Shown piece by piece: positions 23,447-36,509 of a DNA stretch of 64,000 nt. Positions within the stretch are counted from its first letter, which is position 1, and every line of letters begins with the position of its first letter. The position numbers were made by a program, and so were the translations under genes. Origin of the DNA: Octopus vulgaris. Taxonomy: Eukaryota. Under the pieces are notes generated by a model. It was given only the letters and a program-made list of their open reading frames with translations, searched no databases and had not been told where the DNA came from. The DNA is taken from NCBI GenBank assembly GCA_951406725.2, contig OX597825.1:86490001-86554000 (forward strand), in the 5' to 3' direction.

Positions 23447-26289
23447 CCGTTTTGCTGAGGAAAGAAGTTTTATATACCAATCTATTCTTTTGCTGAGGAA
23501 TGTCATGTTTCTGACTATATTTTGCTGAGATGTGTCAAGTTTATTGAGGCAACGTGACTTGGAGTAGATGGCAATTCTATTTTTTGGTAGACATTCAACA
23601 TTGTTCCTGGAACAACTTGGAGATTTAATTTTATAGTGAAAGGGTTTATCACACAGTCATGTCTGCTTTTCCTAAATAAAAATTCCCATGACCTTTCAAC
23701 GGGTCTGTAGGTCACCTCTAAAAACTTCCTCATCATGTAAGTGTATCATAGACAACAAACTAGTCTGGGGTAGCCTATCCCTCCCCTGGTTATGGTGGAA
23801 ACCCATAAGGTAGGACGAAACACTTTAATCAAAAATCAAACCTGCTTACCTCGCCTACTTAACTATATTTCTTCCATGCCTTCTTCAGCCAAACCCTTCC
23901 TGAATCATTTTGAGAGATGCCTTGCCTTTTAATTTTTTTTATTTATTTTAGTCAGACTTGATGACTTATTTGTTAGGTTGAGGGAAGTATCTATATTTTC
24001 TTTCTTTTTTTTTTTTTAGACTCATGGTTGGGAGATCAAGATAAGGGGAGGGGGTGAACCAGTGAAGGAGCCTGCACATGGTTGCTATATATGGCAGCCA
24101 AATTCCCTTCAAACTATCTTATTTTCAAACAATTTATCCATTGCATCCAGTACACTCTGTGAGGCCTGATGGACCTATTTTATCATGGCACCAGCACTAG
24201 CTTGTATCAAGTACAAACAAATAAGTTTTGAGCTGGATGACATTGGTAGAGTTAGGCCCAATATCTTTCCCTGTTACACAGAGGGTGGGACAGGGAGGGG
24301 CAGTCAGCTAGGTAGGTCCAGTGGCATCCCTAGTTTTACACAAGCAGTACAGTTCAGTAATGGTTAGATATTTCAAAATAAAAAAGAATTTGTCTTTGCA
24401 GCTTTTTCAGAATAATACTTTGAGTAATAGGTTCAGAATCTTTGCATTATGTAAGGATATTGGTCCACTCATCTGGCATTCCTGACCTAAAAGTCCCCAG
24501 GTCTCTGATATTCAAGTGGTTAAAAAGTATCAGCAGAAGGGCACTCAAGAATCATGATGTGAATGTGACCCTGACCCCTGAGGGGGTTTTCTCCTCTGGA
24601 GACCTTCTGCTGTTCGGCTGTCTCTTGAGAGTTTCTTACCAATAGGACAATGATCATCCAGATAGAAAAAATAGTTGCTCTTACGTGAGAATGAAGTGTA
24701 AATGTTTAAAATTTCAGACATCTTTTTCATACAAATAAAATTTAACAATTAAGGAGAAAAGCTGAGATATTTTCCAAACTGTTTCAAACAAATGTTAGTA
24801 ATTCTATTCTTCTTCCCATTGACTGTCAGCAATATTTCTTCTACATTTGCTGCATCCTTTCAACTCTGTGAGCAAGTGTTGTTAACCATTTTTATTTCAG
24901 GGAAAATATTGATTTCTAACTTAGGCACCATAGCAATTTAGTATGAAATGAGGAGGTGGTGTAGCTAATAGAATTAACCCTCAGTGTATTACAGTTATTT
25001 CATCAATGCTTCAGGGATGAAAGATAAAGCTGATTATGATGGGCTTCAAAGCCAGAGTACAGATGGACAAGACTGAAGACAGTACAACATTTAACCTGTT
25101 TGTTCCATTGTATCTGCAAACTTGTTATGCTTTATGGAAATGAAATATTATTAATGATATTAAATTTTGCCAGTTTCACTGTTGCACGACTTAAAGGCTT
25201 CCACAAGCTCTGAAGGAAGAATCTATTCTGGGAGCCATAAAGTAATTATTACAATGATTTCGTTTCCTGGTGTTTAATGCAATAATAAACTAGCTTTAGG
25301 TGTAAGCTTGTTTGTTTGGTTCTTGTTGATTCGATCATCTTGGGACTTCTTACTACAAGTGTACTTTTATATCAGATGAAATTATATATGTGTGTGTGTG
25401 TGCACTCACACACACACAAAACTATCTCTCTCTCTCAAGCGTGTGCATGCACACACATACACGCACTCTTGTGTGTTTGGTGCTGTCTATTGAAAATTAA
25501 ACTCTTTTGCAAGGAAATGCAATATAAATATAATTTGATTTCGGTCTTATAATTTCCAGAGCACTTGTTGATTTCCACTTCAGTGCTCCACTTCTAGCAG
25601 AGGGAGAACTGGAATGGAAGCTGCTGTCTCTCTCTCTTCTCATCTGCTCTGCTTCCTTCCAGCTGTGATTAGAAACTGTGAGTATTGACTGGAAGTTTGG
25701 TACCTCATCGATTCCAGTATTGAGATTCTTGAGGAGACATGTATTCTGGTGATGTGTTTTAGAGGTAAATGAGATGTGGCTAATTAACAAGGGGAGACCG
25801 AATTGATTATTTTTTTTTTGTAAAAAGAAAAAAAAGAAATAACTTCAGTGTTTTCTTTAACAACTTTTCTCTGTGGATGACAAGAGAACTAGGATGACAG
25901 GAATGAAAGGGTGATGGATGAGAGAGAAAGAAGAGAGGTGGTGGCTACACAAGGGTTGTTGGTAAGGGGATTGAATAGAAAGCTTACTGAGAGAGTGATA
26001 GAAGATTGACTAATGGAAAATTGAGAGTGATTGGTGGCTACATGATGGTTGAGTGATGGGAGAGAGAGGGGAAGAAAGATGAAGAGAGAGAATGATGGAT
26101 GTCCTTAGTGACTGATAGAGGAAGAAGTGAGAGAGAGAGAGAGTAATTGAAGAAGGATTAATAAGGAACAAATACAGTTAGATGGTGTTAAGGTGGGGAT
26201 TGAAAGACCCAATATGTCACTGACTCTACACATGTGGTATGATTGGAAACTGAATGTTAGAAGCAAAATAGACAGAGATTCAGCCAAAA

Positions 26290-26755
26290 TTCTATCATCA
26301 TTTTTATGTCTGTGCTTACCATGGTTGCTTGGGTTGGCTGGGTGTATTCCAACACAGTACTTTGTCACTTGTGGTGATCTCTTTGTCCTCTTCATTCAGA
26401 CGTTCAACCTCAGTCTTCACCACTTCATTTCATCTTTTCTCCCAGTCTCCCTACTCTATGGATGCAGTTTGTGATTAGTCCTTCTTCATGCAACTGTTGT
26501 CTTCCATATGCATGTCACTTACCCATCCCCCTTCATGCAGTTGTCTCTGTTGCACACTACAGCTGATTCCTCTTACATCCACTTCTTCTTTCAACTTATT
26601 TCTACTCCATCCTCCATGCACATTAACATTACAGACCCACTGAAGCACACTTGCTTCATTTCTTACTAGTATTTAAGTCTTCTGCATTCAAGGCCCATAT
26701 CTGGCCACCATGTAGTACCAAATTTTGTATACAAGCATCATGCAATTTACCCTTT
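26290..26755 (-). mobile_element. RTE LINE 3' fragment (RT C-terminus), old
   Basis: Minus strand GKLHDACIQNLVLHGGQIWALNAEDL..RNEASVLQWVCNV, homologous to 7211-7429. Confidence 0.75.
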
Positions 26756-28219
26756 ATGCATCTTCTATGCTGGTATGTGTTGGATGGTTTGACAAGATCT
26801 GATAGGTCTGTGGTCCAACCACACTCCACTGTCTGCTTTCTACAGCTGGATGCCCTTCCAAATGTCGATGACTTTACAGAGTGCTAGGTGCCTTTCTTGT
26901 TGCACCAATTATATTACAGAGAGAGAGAGAGAGCAGTGAATAATTCTGGAATGCTATTATTGAATTTTCAAAACTAATGTGGTAAAATGTCTTTATGTTA
27001 AGTTTTCATTTTAAGTCCGTTTTTAAGTTATTCATATCCACTTATCTATATAATTCTCTCCTTACTTGACATACTAGTTTGTTTGTTTGGCAGGGTCTGT
27101 GATCTCCACCGTTTTGATGTAAACTCTGAAAATTGTCAGAATATTCCAAATACCTAAATGCATTCTATTTTTATAGCTTATTGCTGTCATGGACTCTACA
27201 AGCCAACAGCTGAAAGATCTTGCTGAACATTATAGAAAAAGAAAAGTTGATATTTTGACAGCAATATTTCCCCCTCTTCTGGTTTATGTTTTAGTTGGTC
27301 TTCAAAATAAGTTCCTCTAACTTTGAGAAACTTTTCAAGATATTGAGAAAAGATTTCTGAATAATTAAACAATTTCCATTAATTCGTTCAGTGATATTGT
27401 TTTTTATTATTCTTTTAGTTTGTGTATATGCGTGTGTGTGTGTGTGTGTGTATGTGTGTGTGTGATTTTTATTGCTGTTACATTAGTTTGATATGTTATA
27501 TATTTGGGTCTGTGTATTTTATCAGGAATCCCATCTTGTGTAAACATTGAAATATTTCCCTCAACCTGACTTCAACGAAGATGGTGCTAAACCAAGTGTG
27601 AGGTGAAGGAAGAGGAAGGAGAAAAGCTGTAGAGGAAAGCCTAGCTTTACCCTTCTCTCCTCCCTCTGCTGTTTTGATTGAATGAAGTGTTTCCTGTAAA
27701 CATTCTTAATGAAATGCTTCAGGTTTGGGATTAGTAACAGGCTGCCAGGAAGATTCGAAATTATGTCAGCATTAGGAAGGAGCCAATGTAGTTTCTATCC
27801 TGTTTGTTTATTTTTTACTCTCAATTCACAAAATAAAGCAGATAAAAAAAAAAAATAAAGCATAAATTTACTAAATAAACACCTCTTTGATGCACAGAGT
27901 GTATTTTGAAATTTCTAACAATGATGGCCATCATTGGACACTGGAGACTATTACAGTTTGGAGATGTTTGCTTACTGCGAAAAAAAAAAAAGAAAGAAAA
28001 GAAAAGAAAAGAAAAAGGGGAATTTTTTTAGCGAACAGTAAATCTTTATTATTGTAACTTAGTTAAAATTACAGGAATTGTAGGTCCTTTTTAAAAGACA
28101 AATGACATTTTAGGCCCTGAAATAATTAACAACCACAAGTTTCTTTTCTATAATAAGCATTTAGCTTATGAGCACAGGTGTGTGTGTGTGTGTGTGTGTG
28201 TGTGTTAGAGAGAGAACTC

Positions 28220-28367
28220 ATTTCTGCTGTAAAGTGGTTGGTGTTAAAAAGGCATCCAGCCATAGAAACCCTGCCAAAGCAGACATGATGCAATCCTTGG
28301 CTGTATTGGATCCTGTAAAACTGTCCAACCCATGCCAGCATGGAACATGGACATTAAGTGATGATTA
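28220..28367 (+). mobile_element. RTE-type 3' tail fragment
   Basis: 'gtggttggtgttaaaaaggcatccagccatagaaac...ctgtccaacccatgccagcatggaa...gatgat'. Confidence 0.75.
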
Positions 28368-28728
28368 CATATGCAGGCGTGTGTGTGTGTTTGCATACAC
28401 ATACACAAGTGAAGGGGTTAAATGTTAAATAAGGAAAATAATTTAACCCTTAACCCTTTGCTTTAAATAAATAATTAGATCCAATCCACTGACTCATTCA
28501 TCCAATAGGGTACATAATTAACTCAGTTGTCCCTCCTCACATCAAGATGGTGGCCTTTTCTGACAGCTGCTGCTTTATATGTCACCTTAATCTGATTACC
28601 TGTTTGTAAGTGCTTACTTCATGACGATGATGATGATGATGATGATATGGATGATGGTGGTCTGGACAATATTGTTATAGTACTTCATTTCTGTCTTTCT
28701 TTCATGTTACTGCATCACACACACACAC

Positions 28729-28759
<31 letters not shown>

Positions 28760-29449
28760 TGCACACAATTACAATGTAATCCAGTGGCAAATATGATTTC
28801 TTACTTCTAATTTCAAATCTCTCTCACTTCACACACACAAGAGTGTGTGTGGGTGTGTATTAAAATAAAGTTCTCATTTATTTTAAAGTCAGTTTAAGAA
28901 TTACACCTGAACATTTACTGATGGGGTGCCATGTATCGATATCAAATCTAGGACCTCGTGTCTCTGAACCAGACTCCTTAACCACACAGCCCTGTTTGCA
29001 CCTAGAACACCTAGATCCAGGCCAAGTGAGGGGGCATGCCCTCCCCTCCCATTGCAGTGTGTTGCAATACATTACTGCATTCACTATCTGTCACTATATT
29101 CCTTAGTCCTCTTAGGCAGAGTCCTAGTCAGTTTCCATCTCTGTGAGATACTGCCTCATGCCACATGTTGTCACCATGTGGCATGTGGTTAGCCAACATG
29201 AGCTGTCATCCCAGCCAGACCCTCCATGATGAGGACATAGAAAGCAGGGTCTAACTTGGAAAATCAGGCAACGTGGCCAAACAGTCTGAGGTGAGACTGT
29301 TATAACCACACACACACATTGCATATATTTGAATGTGTATATATATGTATATACATTTACCTATATATGAGATATGTGCTATGAGGCTTAAATGATATAA
29401 TGCATTAATCAATGCTGTCCCCTTATATTGTAGCATAACCACTCTGCTA

Positions 29450-30425
29450 ATAATGCTTTCAAATTTTTGTACATAACCAGCAGTTTTGAGGAAAGTGGGG
29501 ATTTAATTACATTGAACCCAGTGCTTGACTGCTACTTATTTTATTGACCCTTAAGGGATTAAAGGCAATGTTGACCTTGGCAAAATTTGAACTCAGGATA
29601 TGAAGATGAATGAAATGCTACTAAGCATTTCGTCCAGTGTGCTAACGAGTCTGCCAGCGCTAATAATAATAATAAATAATAATATTTAATAATAAATAAT
29701 AATAATTAATAATAAATAATAATAATTAATAATAATAATAATAAACAACAATAGTTTCTGATTTCAGATCAAGAGCAACGATTTTGCAAGGAGAGGGTTA
29801 AATTATATGATTGACCCCTCTTCTAGATTGGTATTTTATTTTATTGGCACTGGAAGGATGAAAGGCAAAGCTGCCAAAGTCAGTCCTGTCTTTCACTCAG
29901 AATGCAAAGAGTTGGAACTAAATACCAAAAGCCATTTTGTCTCCTATTTTAATGATTTTAGTAATCAACTGTCCTAAATAATTTCTAATTTAGGCAAAAA
30001 GCTAGTAATTTTGAGGGGATGGCACTAAGAAGATTATATCACTGCAATATTTGACTGGTACTTTATGTGCGGAGTTCAAGTGCCACTGAGGTTGAGTTAA
30101 CCATTCCTCCTTCCTGGCTCTATTGAATAAAGAGATGTAAATAAATAAATAGCTCAAGGCAGTTTGTCTGATGCTGTAGTGACTTTGCCATTCTATCAAT
30201 TAAAATTAGTCTTTCTCATTTTTGCACAAGGCCAGCATTTTTAAGGTGGGGGAAAGTCGATTACATCAATCCCAAGTGTATGACTGGTACTTAATTTATC
30301 AACCTCGAAAAGATGAAAGGCAAAGTTGACTGCGGAAAATTTGAACTTAGAATTGTTATCATATTGAACAAAATGTTTAATGGTGTTTCTTCTAGCTCTT
30401 TATATTTTGCCAGCATACTGTCTTA
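29450..30425 (-). mobile_element. Cluster of four same-orientation SINE A copies separated by (TAA)n
   Basis: Core 'tattttattgacc...ggatgaaaggcaaag' at ~29530, ~29835, ~30290 and a partial copy at ~29980-30085. Confidence 0.8.
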
Positions 30426-31401
30426 ATAATAATACTAATACCAATGATAATAATAATAATAATAATTCTCTGCATCTTTTAATGGGTGGAGAATTGTAAT
30501 TGCTGATTGTTACTCTCTAACATCCCCATTGCTCCTGGCACCCTTGCTACCATCTTCACCACCATGTTGTCTTTATTACCACCACCACCACCGCTAGCAA
30601 CATTTGTACCATTTATTTTCTGTAGTTGAAACTGTTGATTCTGAAAGTAAGCTGTCTAATCTTAATTTCCTCACGCATAAAACCTATTTCTTATTAGAAG
30701 AAAATCTCTCTCTCTCATTACTCCCCTTCCCCTCCACCCTTCATTACATATTCTACAGATTTCGAGACTGGACCAGTGTCACATATTTCATTTAACAAAC
30801 CTTGACCTTCCTCCTCCTCCTCACTCTGTTTTCTGCCACTGTTCAACATTGGGATATATTTATTTATCTGGCAAATACCAAAGGACAGTCATCATGGTTC
30901 TCTGTTAAAGAGATTCTTCTACTTAAACTAGTGAACTTTAAACATATAACAGTTTTTATTAATTTTTTTCCCCTTTTTTTTTTTCATTCATTCAGTTATT
31001 CATTCATAAATTTCTGCACTTCCTCACTTAGAGATTGTTTTATATACACTTCACCATTTATCTTACTTGCTAACAGAATTCAAGTTAAGGAATTCAAAAT
31101 TATGCACTCTATACTTTGGGAAACTATCTTGAGCAATAAGTGCATAATATTGGATTCCTCTACTTCAAAGATAACGATAAAGTCTTCTGGTTTATCCTAT
31201 TGAGTGCTCACTCTTTCTGTTTGTGCAAGCTACACACCTGCCTACTACTACTAACATGTGTGTGCGTATGTGTGTGTGTGCACGCTTGCGCATACATGTG
31301 CTAAATACTTCCAAATGGTATAACAGGTTTCTCAAAATTTCATTTTGCTGCCAACATAGCAAAATATACCAAAGTTTTGTTGATTTATATTTCCATTTAT
31401 C

Positions 31402-31439
<38 letters not shown>

Positions 31440-31451
31440 GCACATTCATTA

Positions 31452-31825
31452 TCTTTTAGTTACTTCAGTCTTTGGACAGTGGTCATGCTGTGGCACTGCT
31501 TTGAAGGGTTTAGTTGAACAAATTCACCTCTGTACATACTTTTAACTTCCATACTTATTCTATCACTCTCCTATGCTGAAAGTTACTGGAACATAAACAA
31601 ACCAGCATTGGTTGCCAAGCAGTCAGTGAGGGATAAACACAAAGACACTCACTCACATATATGACAAGCTTCCACACAATTTTCATCTACCAAATTCATT
31701 CACAAGGCATTGGTCAGGCCAGGGCTGCTGTAGAAGATACTTTCCCAAGGTGATGTCCAAGGTGCCACTCAGTGGGACTGAACTCAAAACAGAGTAAGCC
31801 TCTTAACCACACAGCTATGCCTATG

Positions 31826-31826
<1 letters not shown>
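31452..31826 (-). mobile_element. Full-length SINE: head B, CA-rich linker, tail C
   Basis: Tail 'ttacttcagtctttggacagtggtcatgctg..' and head 'tctaccaaattcattcacaaggcattggtc...cagtgggactgaac...ttaaccacacagctatgcct'. Confidence 0.8.
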
Positions 31827-31862
<36 letters not shown>

Positions 31863-31863
<1 letters not shown>

Positions 31864-32153
31864 ACTATATTGACCAGACTATCAGATATTGTACACTGCT
31901 AGTCACTATGTGATTCCTCACTTTGTTTTAACCTTTGATTAGTACTGTCCTGCTGGCTAGATGTGTCGGCCAACATTACTCCTCAATGAAATGCTAGTTT
32001 GTTGCAGAGTTACCGATTTGCAGCTGAGTGGACTGGAGCAATGTGAAGTGAAGTGTGCTTTGCTCAAGAAGACGCAATGCACCTCAAAGGTGGGAATTGA
32101 AACTATGATTTTGTAATCACAAGTCCAGCACTCTTATCACTAGGCCATGTGTC

Positions 32154-32157
<4 letters not shown>
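31863..32157 (-). mobile_element. SINE head F with tail gamma
   Basis: 'cagctgagtggactggagcaatgtgaa...gggaattgaaactatg...cactaggccatgtgtcttca' preceded by a tail 'gaccagactatcagata'. Confidence 0.7.
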
Positions 32158-32197
<40 letters not shown>

Positions 32198-33112
32198 CTG
32201 AATTTTATAGTGTTAATTATCCATCATGGCTGGTCTTACCAATCGGTTTCATGTGAAATTATATAATGGTGTGTTAGGCAACAAACCAGTTATATAATAT
32301 TCACTCGTCAGAGATGGCTGACATGGAAGGTGAAATGGCAACCTATACATAAGCAGTATATAAATATATATATATTTGTTCATTACTATTTATATCTATA
32401 ATTTTGAGGTAGTTTCCTCATGCTTATGCAATATTACTGGCGTCTCTGTGTAGATGATCTGTTAGTTCTCTGTGACATATGCAGACTTATTCTGTACCTC
32501 AGTTCTACAGAACTTATTGCATTCATTTGAAATGTAATAACAAACACAGGTCATTGTTAACCAAAAGTCACATGAGAAGCTGTATGTGGCTTTAGAAACC
32601 TCCTACTGTTACAACACACAAGGAACACGGCTTGTGTGATAAGCTCTTTTGTTTGGTGCCAATCTTACCATTTTTGTATTTTACTCCCTATAGTAGACTG
32701 GAAGCATAACAGCAGAACAATTCTCTGAGAGAGTAGGAACAGGGTTGGAATAAGAAAGGGAAGAAAAAGCAAGAAAAAGAAAAAAAGGAAATTTGTGAAA
32801 ATTGTGATAATCCTTATCTCTTGAGATAACAAGTTTGTCAGTTTGTGGGAGGAGATATCTTTTGGTGGTGGCTGGGAAGAGCTGAAAATATTATACATAC
32901 ATATATGGATGACAAAGCTGTTCTCCTAAATTCATTTTTCTCAAAATTTATGGAGACAGAGGCAGTGGATTTTAGCCAAAATATGGTAATGAAATGGTTA
33001 ATGAATCAGTAAAATAAAGCCTTGGAAATTTGGAAAACGAAAGTGACTGGTTCGGGAGGTGGGGGTGGGGGTTTGCATTGCTGTTGAATACCTCTGGGTT
33101 TCTAAATGTCTT

Positions 33113-33445
33113 GTGGAAGACATGTGGCTTAGTGGTTGGGGTATTTCACTCATGTAAAGTCATGAGTTTGATTTCCAGTGATGTGTGTTGTGGCCTTGAG
33201 CAAGACACTTTATTTCATGTTGCTGCAGTTCACTCAGCTGGCAAAAGTGAGTTGTACCTGTATTTCAAAGAGCCAGCTTTGTCACGCTTTGTGTCACAGT
33301 GAATCTCCATGAGAACTACATTAAAAGTATGCGTGTCTGTGGAGTGCTCAGCCACTTGCACATTAATTTCACAAGCAGGCTGTTCCATTGATTGAATTGA
33401 ATCAACTGGGACATACTTATTTTTGCAATTGAAGGAGTGACTGTT
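33113..33445 (+). mobile_element. SINE head F with tail alpha
   Basis: A-box-like tggcttagtgg, B-box-like gagtttgatttcc, core 'ttgagcaagacactttatttcatgttgctgcagttcactcagctgg'. Confidence 0.85.
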
Positions 33446-33818
33446 TTTTTTCTTTCTAAATATTCACCACAGACCAAATCTGACAACAATTTCTAAATCA
33501 TAGTGAAATCTGTCATTTCTTAGTGGTAGTCACCAGGTTAATGTTGTTAGTGTCTGTTGTATTTTACAGGCAAGAGTTTATATTTTTTTTATATTTGTGA
33601 TGTTGTTGATAATGACTTTTTATATGTGTGAATCAGCTGCAGAGATAATAATATGAACCTCCTGGGTCTAGCAAAACTTAATTGAAGTATTTTTAGAAGG
33701 TCAAACGTCAGTGAAAGCTCTCAGGTAATTAACCTAAGACCTTTCTGTTTTAATTACTGAAATATGCAGGGCAGGAAGTTTGACACTTAACTGAACTCAC
33801 CAAATAATCCCAGCCTAT

Positions 33819-33867
33819 TTGCTACATGATACATAGTTGCTACATGATATCCATTTGCTACATGATA
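33819..33867. repeat. 3 x 18-bp tandem repeat (ttgctacatgata core)
   Basis: Core starts at 33819, 33837 and 33855. Confidence 0.9.
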
Positions 33868-34172
33868 CACTAAAATAAATAAAAAAGAAAAGAGATGCAT
33901 CTTTAAACCCTTTCCACATTGCAAATTATTTTATATTTTTTTATTTTTTCCTCCTGAAAATTTTCTTATTTTTATAACTTACCTCTTTGTTGGAGAATAG
34001 TTAAAATACATTTGTAACATACATATACAATATAATAAACAGAATTCTTAACACAAATCCTCCCAGCGGCCTGGAAATGGCATTGGAAAACACTAAAGTG
34101 TATTCCTAGAAATATGAAAAAATTCTTCATCTACAGGTTTCTCTGGATTTGATACCAAATCTATGGCATCTG

Positions 34173-34174
<2 letters not shown>

Positions 34175-34245
<71 letters not shown>
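34175..34245. repeat. (TG)n(AG)n compound microsatellite
   Basis: Seen directly. Confidence 0.95.
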
Positions 34246-34246
<1 letters not shown>

Positions 34247-35554
34247 ATTAGTTAATTATTTTCAAGCAGTTTTGGGCTTTTTTTAAAATCTTCTGTTTTA
34301 CCCCTCTCCTAAGTTGCAATGTTAGACAACTAGATACCTTGCATGATGGTTACTGGAGTTAATAATGTTCAAGATAGGATATGATGCTTATTTAATTTGT
34401 TTCGTAGAATACTTTCTTAGGGATATCATCATTGCCTGTGGATTTCCAATATTTCAACCACTGGGTTGCACTGTATTTACTTTGGCAAGAATGATAGAAG
34501 AGTGTCTGTATAACTGAGGCAGAACAAATACTACAAGGTATTTCAGTTTGAAGGCACTGGTTTCTTACTTTTCTTGCTTATGCCTGCTTCTTTTACCCAT
34601 CTATGTCAGAGAAAAATTTTACAACACACACATGTACGCACACATGTGTGCAGGTACTTGGGTTTCCACACAGTTTTCATCTACCAAATCCCACACAGGG
34701 AATGTTGGTCTACCTAAGACTATGGTCGATGAGACTTTCTCAAGGATTGAACCCAGAACCATATGGTTGTAAAGTGAACTTGTTAAACGTAAAGCCATGT
34801 TGTATAATGTGTTTTGTATGAGTTGTTGGTTTGAGATTCGAGATGTAAAGAGGAAGAGAAAACCAGTTTTAAAGGTTTGTGTATATTAAATATTTAGTAT
34901 CAAATATTTAATATTAATATTAGTTACATATCTTAATATTAGTCTCTTAATAAAGTATGGGAGCAAATTTTTGAAGTGGAAAATTAAAATGGATTACATC
35001 AACCCCAATAAATATATTAACGGGCAATGATGAAAGGTCCAATAATGCCTAATATTATTGAAACAAATTATATTCAACACATTTAGTCAGGTTCTCTTTC
35101 TTTTAACTTAGGGGTCTAACAGAATTATTAAAATAGGGATAAAAGGATCAGGAAACTGTGGTGTTACATGATAAATGGTAGAATGTATGCTACTCTTTCA
35201 CATGGAGACTAACAGTACAGTGACACTTCACTGGCTTGTAGTTGTAATCAGGATAATTTTAGTTTTGATTAGGAACAGAATTACTAAAGAGGCATAGCAA
35301 GGAACTGTAACTTTCATGCCTTTCCCAGAAACTCAATTTGGGTCACTAACTTAGAATCTATTTTCCTCTCAGTTGTTTATAAAGAATCGTTAAAGCTTGT
35401 CAACATAAAGATATAACTTATCTTTTACTTGTTTCTGTCATTATATTGTGGCCATGCAAGGGTACCACCTTGAAGAATACGACTGCAGTACTTATTTTTT
35501 TTAAGACTAGCACTTATTCTATTGGTTCTCTTATGCTGAACCACTAAGTTACAG

Positions 35555-36042
35555 TGGGGCATTCAGGCTAGCTCCTGCAGAGGGCGCCTTTGAGGCCTTT
35601 GACACCACTATCAGGCCGCTTTCCCACCCTGTACCCTTGGGTAAGGAAACTTATTTCTGCAAATGTGCCAAGCACTGATGCTGATCATGGTTTAATCAAT
35701 AAGCATTGGAGTGAGGTAAATGCAATAAAAATAAGGTAGGGGTCAGTGGGGGCCCCATTTAAGTGGCCCTTCAGAAATTGAACCTCTTTACAATAATCCC
35801 CAGGAGTTCATGGTATGAAATTCATTGTCATTGCTCTGATTTGCCATATATTTAGTTTAAAATGCAGTAAAAATAACGGGGTTAGTAGGGCCCCAATTAG
35901 GCAGCCCTTAAAAAAATAGAGCCTCTTAGGACATTCCCTGGGATTAGGGGAGTTGCTAGTTTGAGATTTGTTGTCCTTGCACCAGCAGTCGTGGAGGAGT
36001 TAATGAACATAATAACATAATGGACAGAGAAACATCACTCAA

Positions 36043-36045
<3 letters not shown>
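35555..36045. mobile_element. GC-richer insertion with internal ~140-bp tandem duplication; possibly Helentron/DINE-1-like non-autonomous element
   Basis: Two diverged units start at ~35718 and ~35859; the end 'ccagcagtcgtggaggagtt...ggacagaga...tttatatata' resembles HINE termini. Confidence 0.35.
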
Positions 36046-36078
<33 letters not shown>

Positions 36079-36349
36079 CTCCTGCTTTCTGTGCTCGCAT
36101 AGTTGAGCAGTTTGACAGATTCAATGGATCAGAGGCCAGGTCTTGCTCCTGTGTCTCAGTTTTTTTTAGCTGGAAGCCCTTCCTAATGCCAACCATTCCT
36201 TGGTGTGCTGGGTCCCTTTTTTTTGTGTTACCAGCACTAGTGAGGTCCATCAGAAGATCTGATTGAGAGAATATTGTAGAAAGTGAGGTGACTCAATGTA
36301 GGGCCTCTAGCAGTAAAACAGGGCTTCAGCAGTATGTATTCATTTAACC

Positions 36350-36509
36350 CAGGGGCTTCCAAAGTGGTTGATGGGACCATTCAAGGGGTTGATAAATGCC
36401 TGGAAACTTAATTATTATTATTATTTATTTTTTGTACATGCCTGAGGGTTGATGAGGGGTCAAGGATTCCAGGAAGGGGTTGATGGTCTAGAAAGTTTGG
36501 GAACCCCTG
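36350..36509. mobile_element. hAT-type MITE (160 bp)
   Basis: TIRs caggggcttccaaa / tttgggaacccctg; perfect 8-bp TSD atttaacc at 36342-36349 and 36510-36517. Confidence 0.92.

Noticed and set aside
23770-23825. Possible hammerhead around ggacgaaac
   Set aside because: No upstream CUGANGA core; only a small ttatgg/ccataa hairpin.
28411-28460. Short inverted repeat aaggggttaaat / atttaaccctt
   Set aside because: Too short; at most a remnant of a TTAA MITE end.
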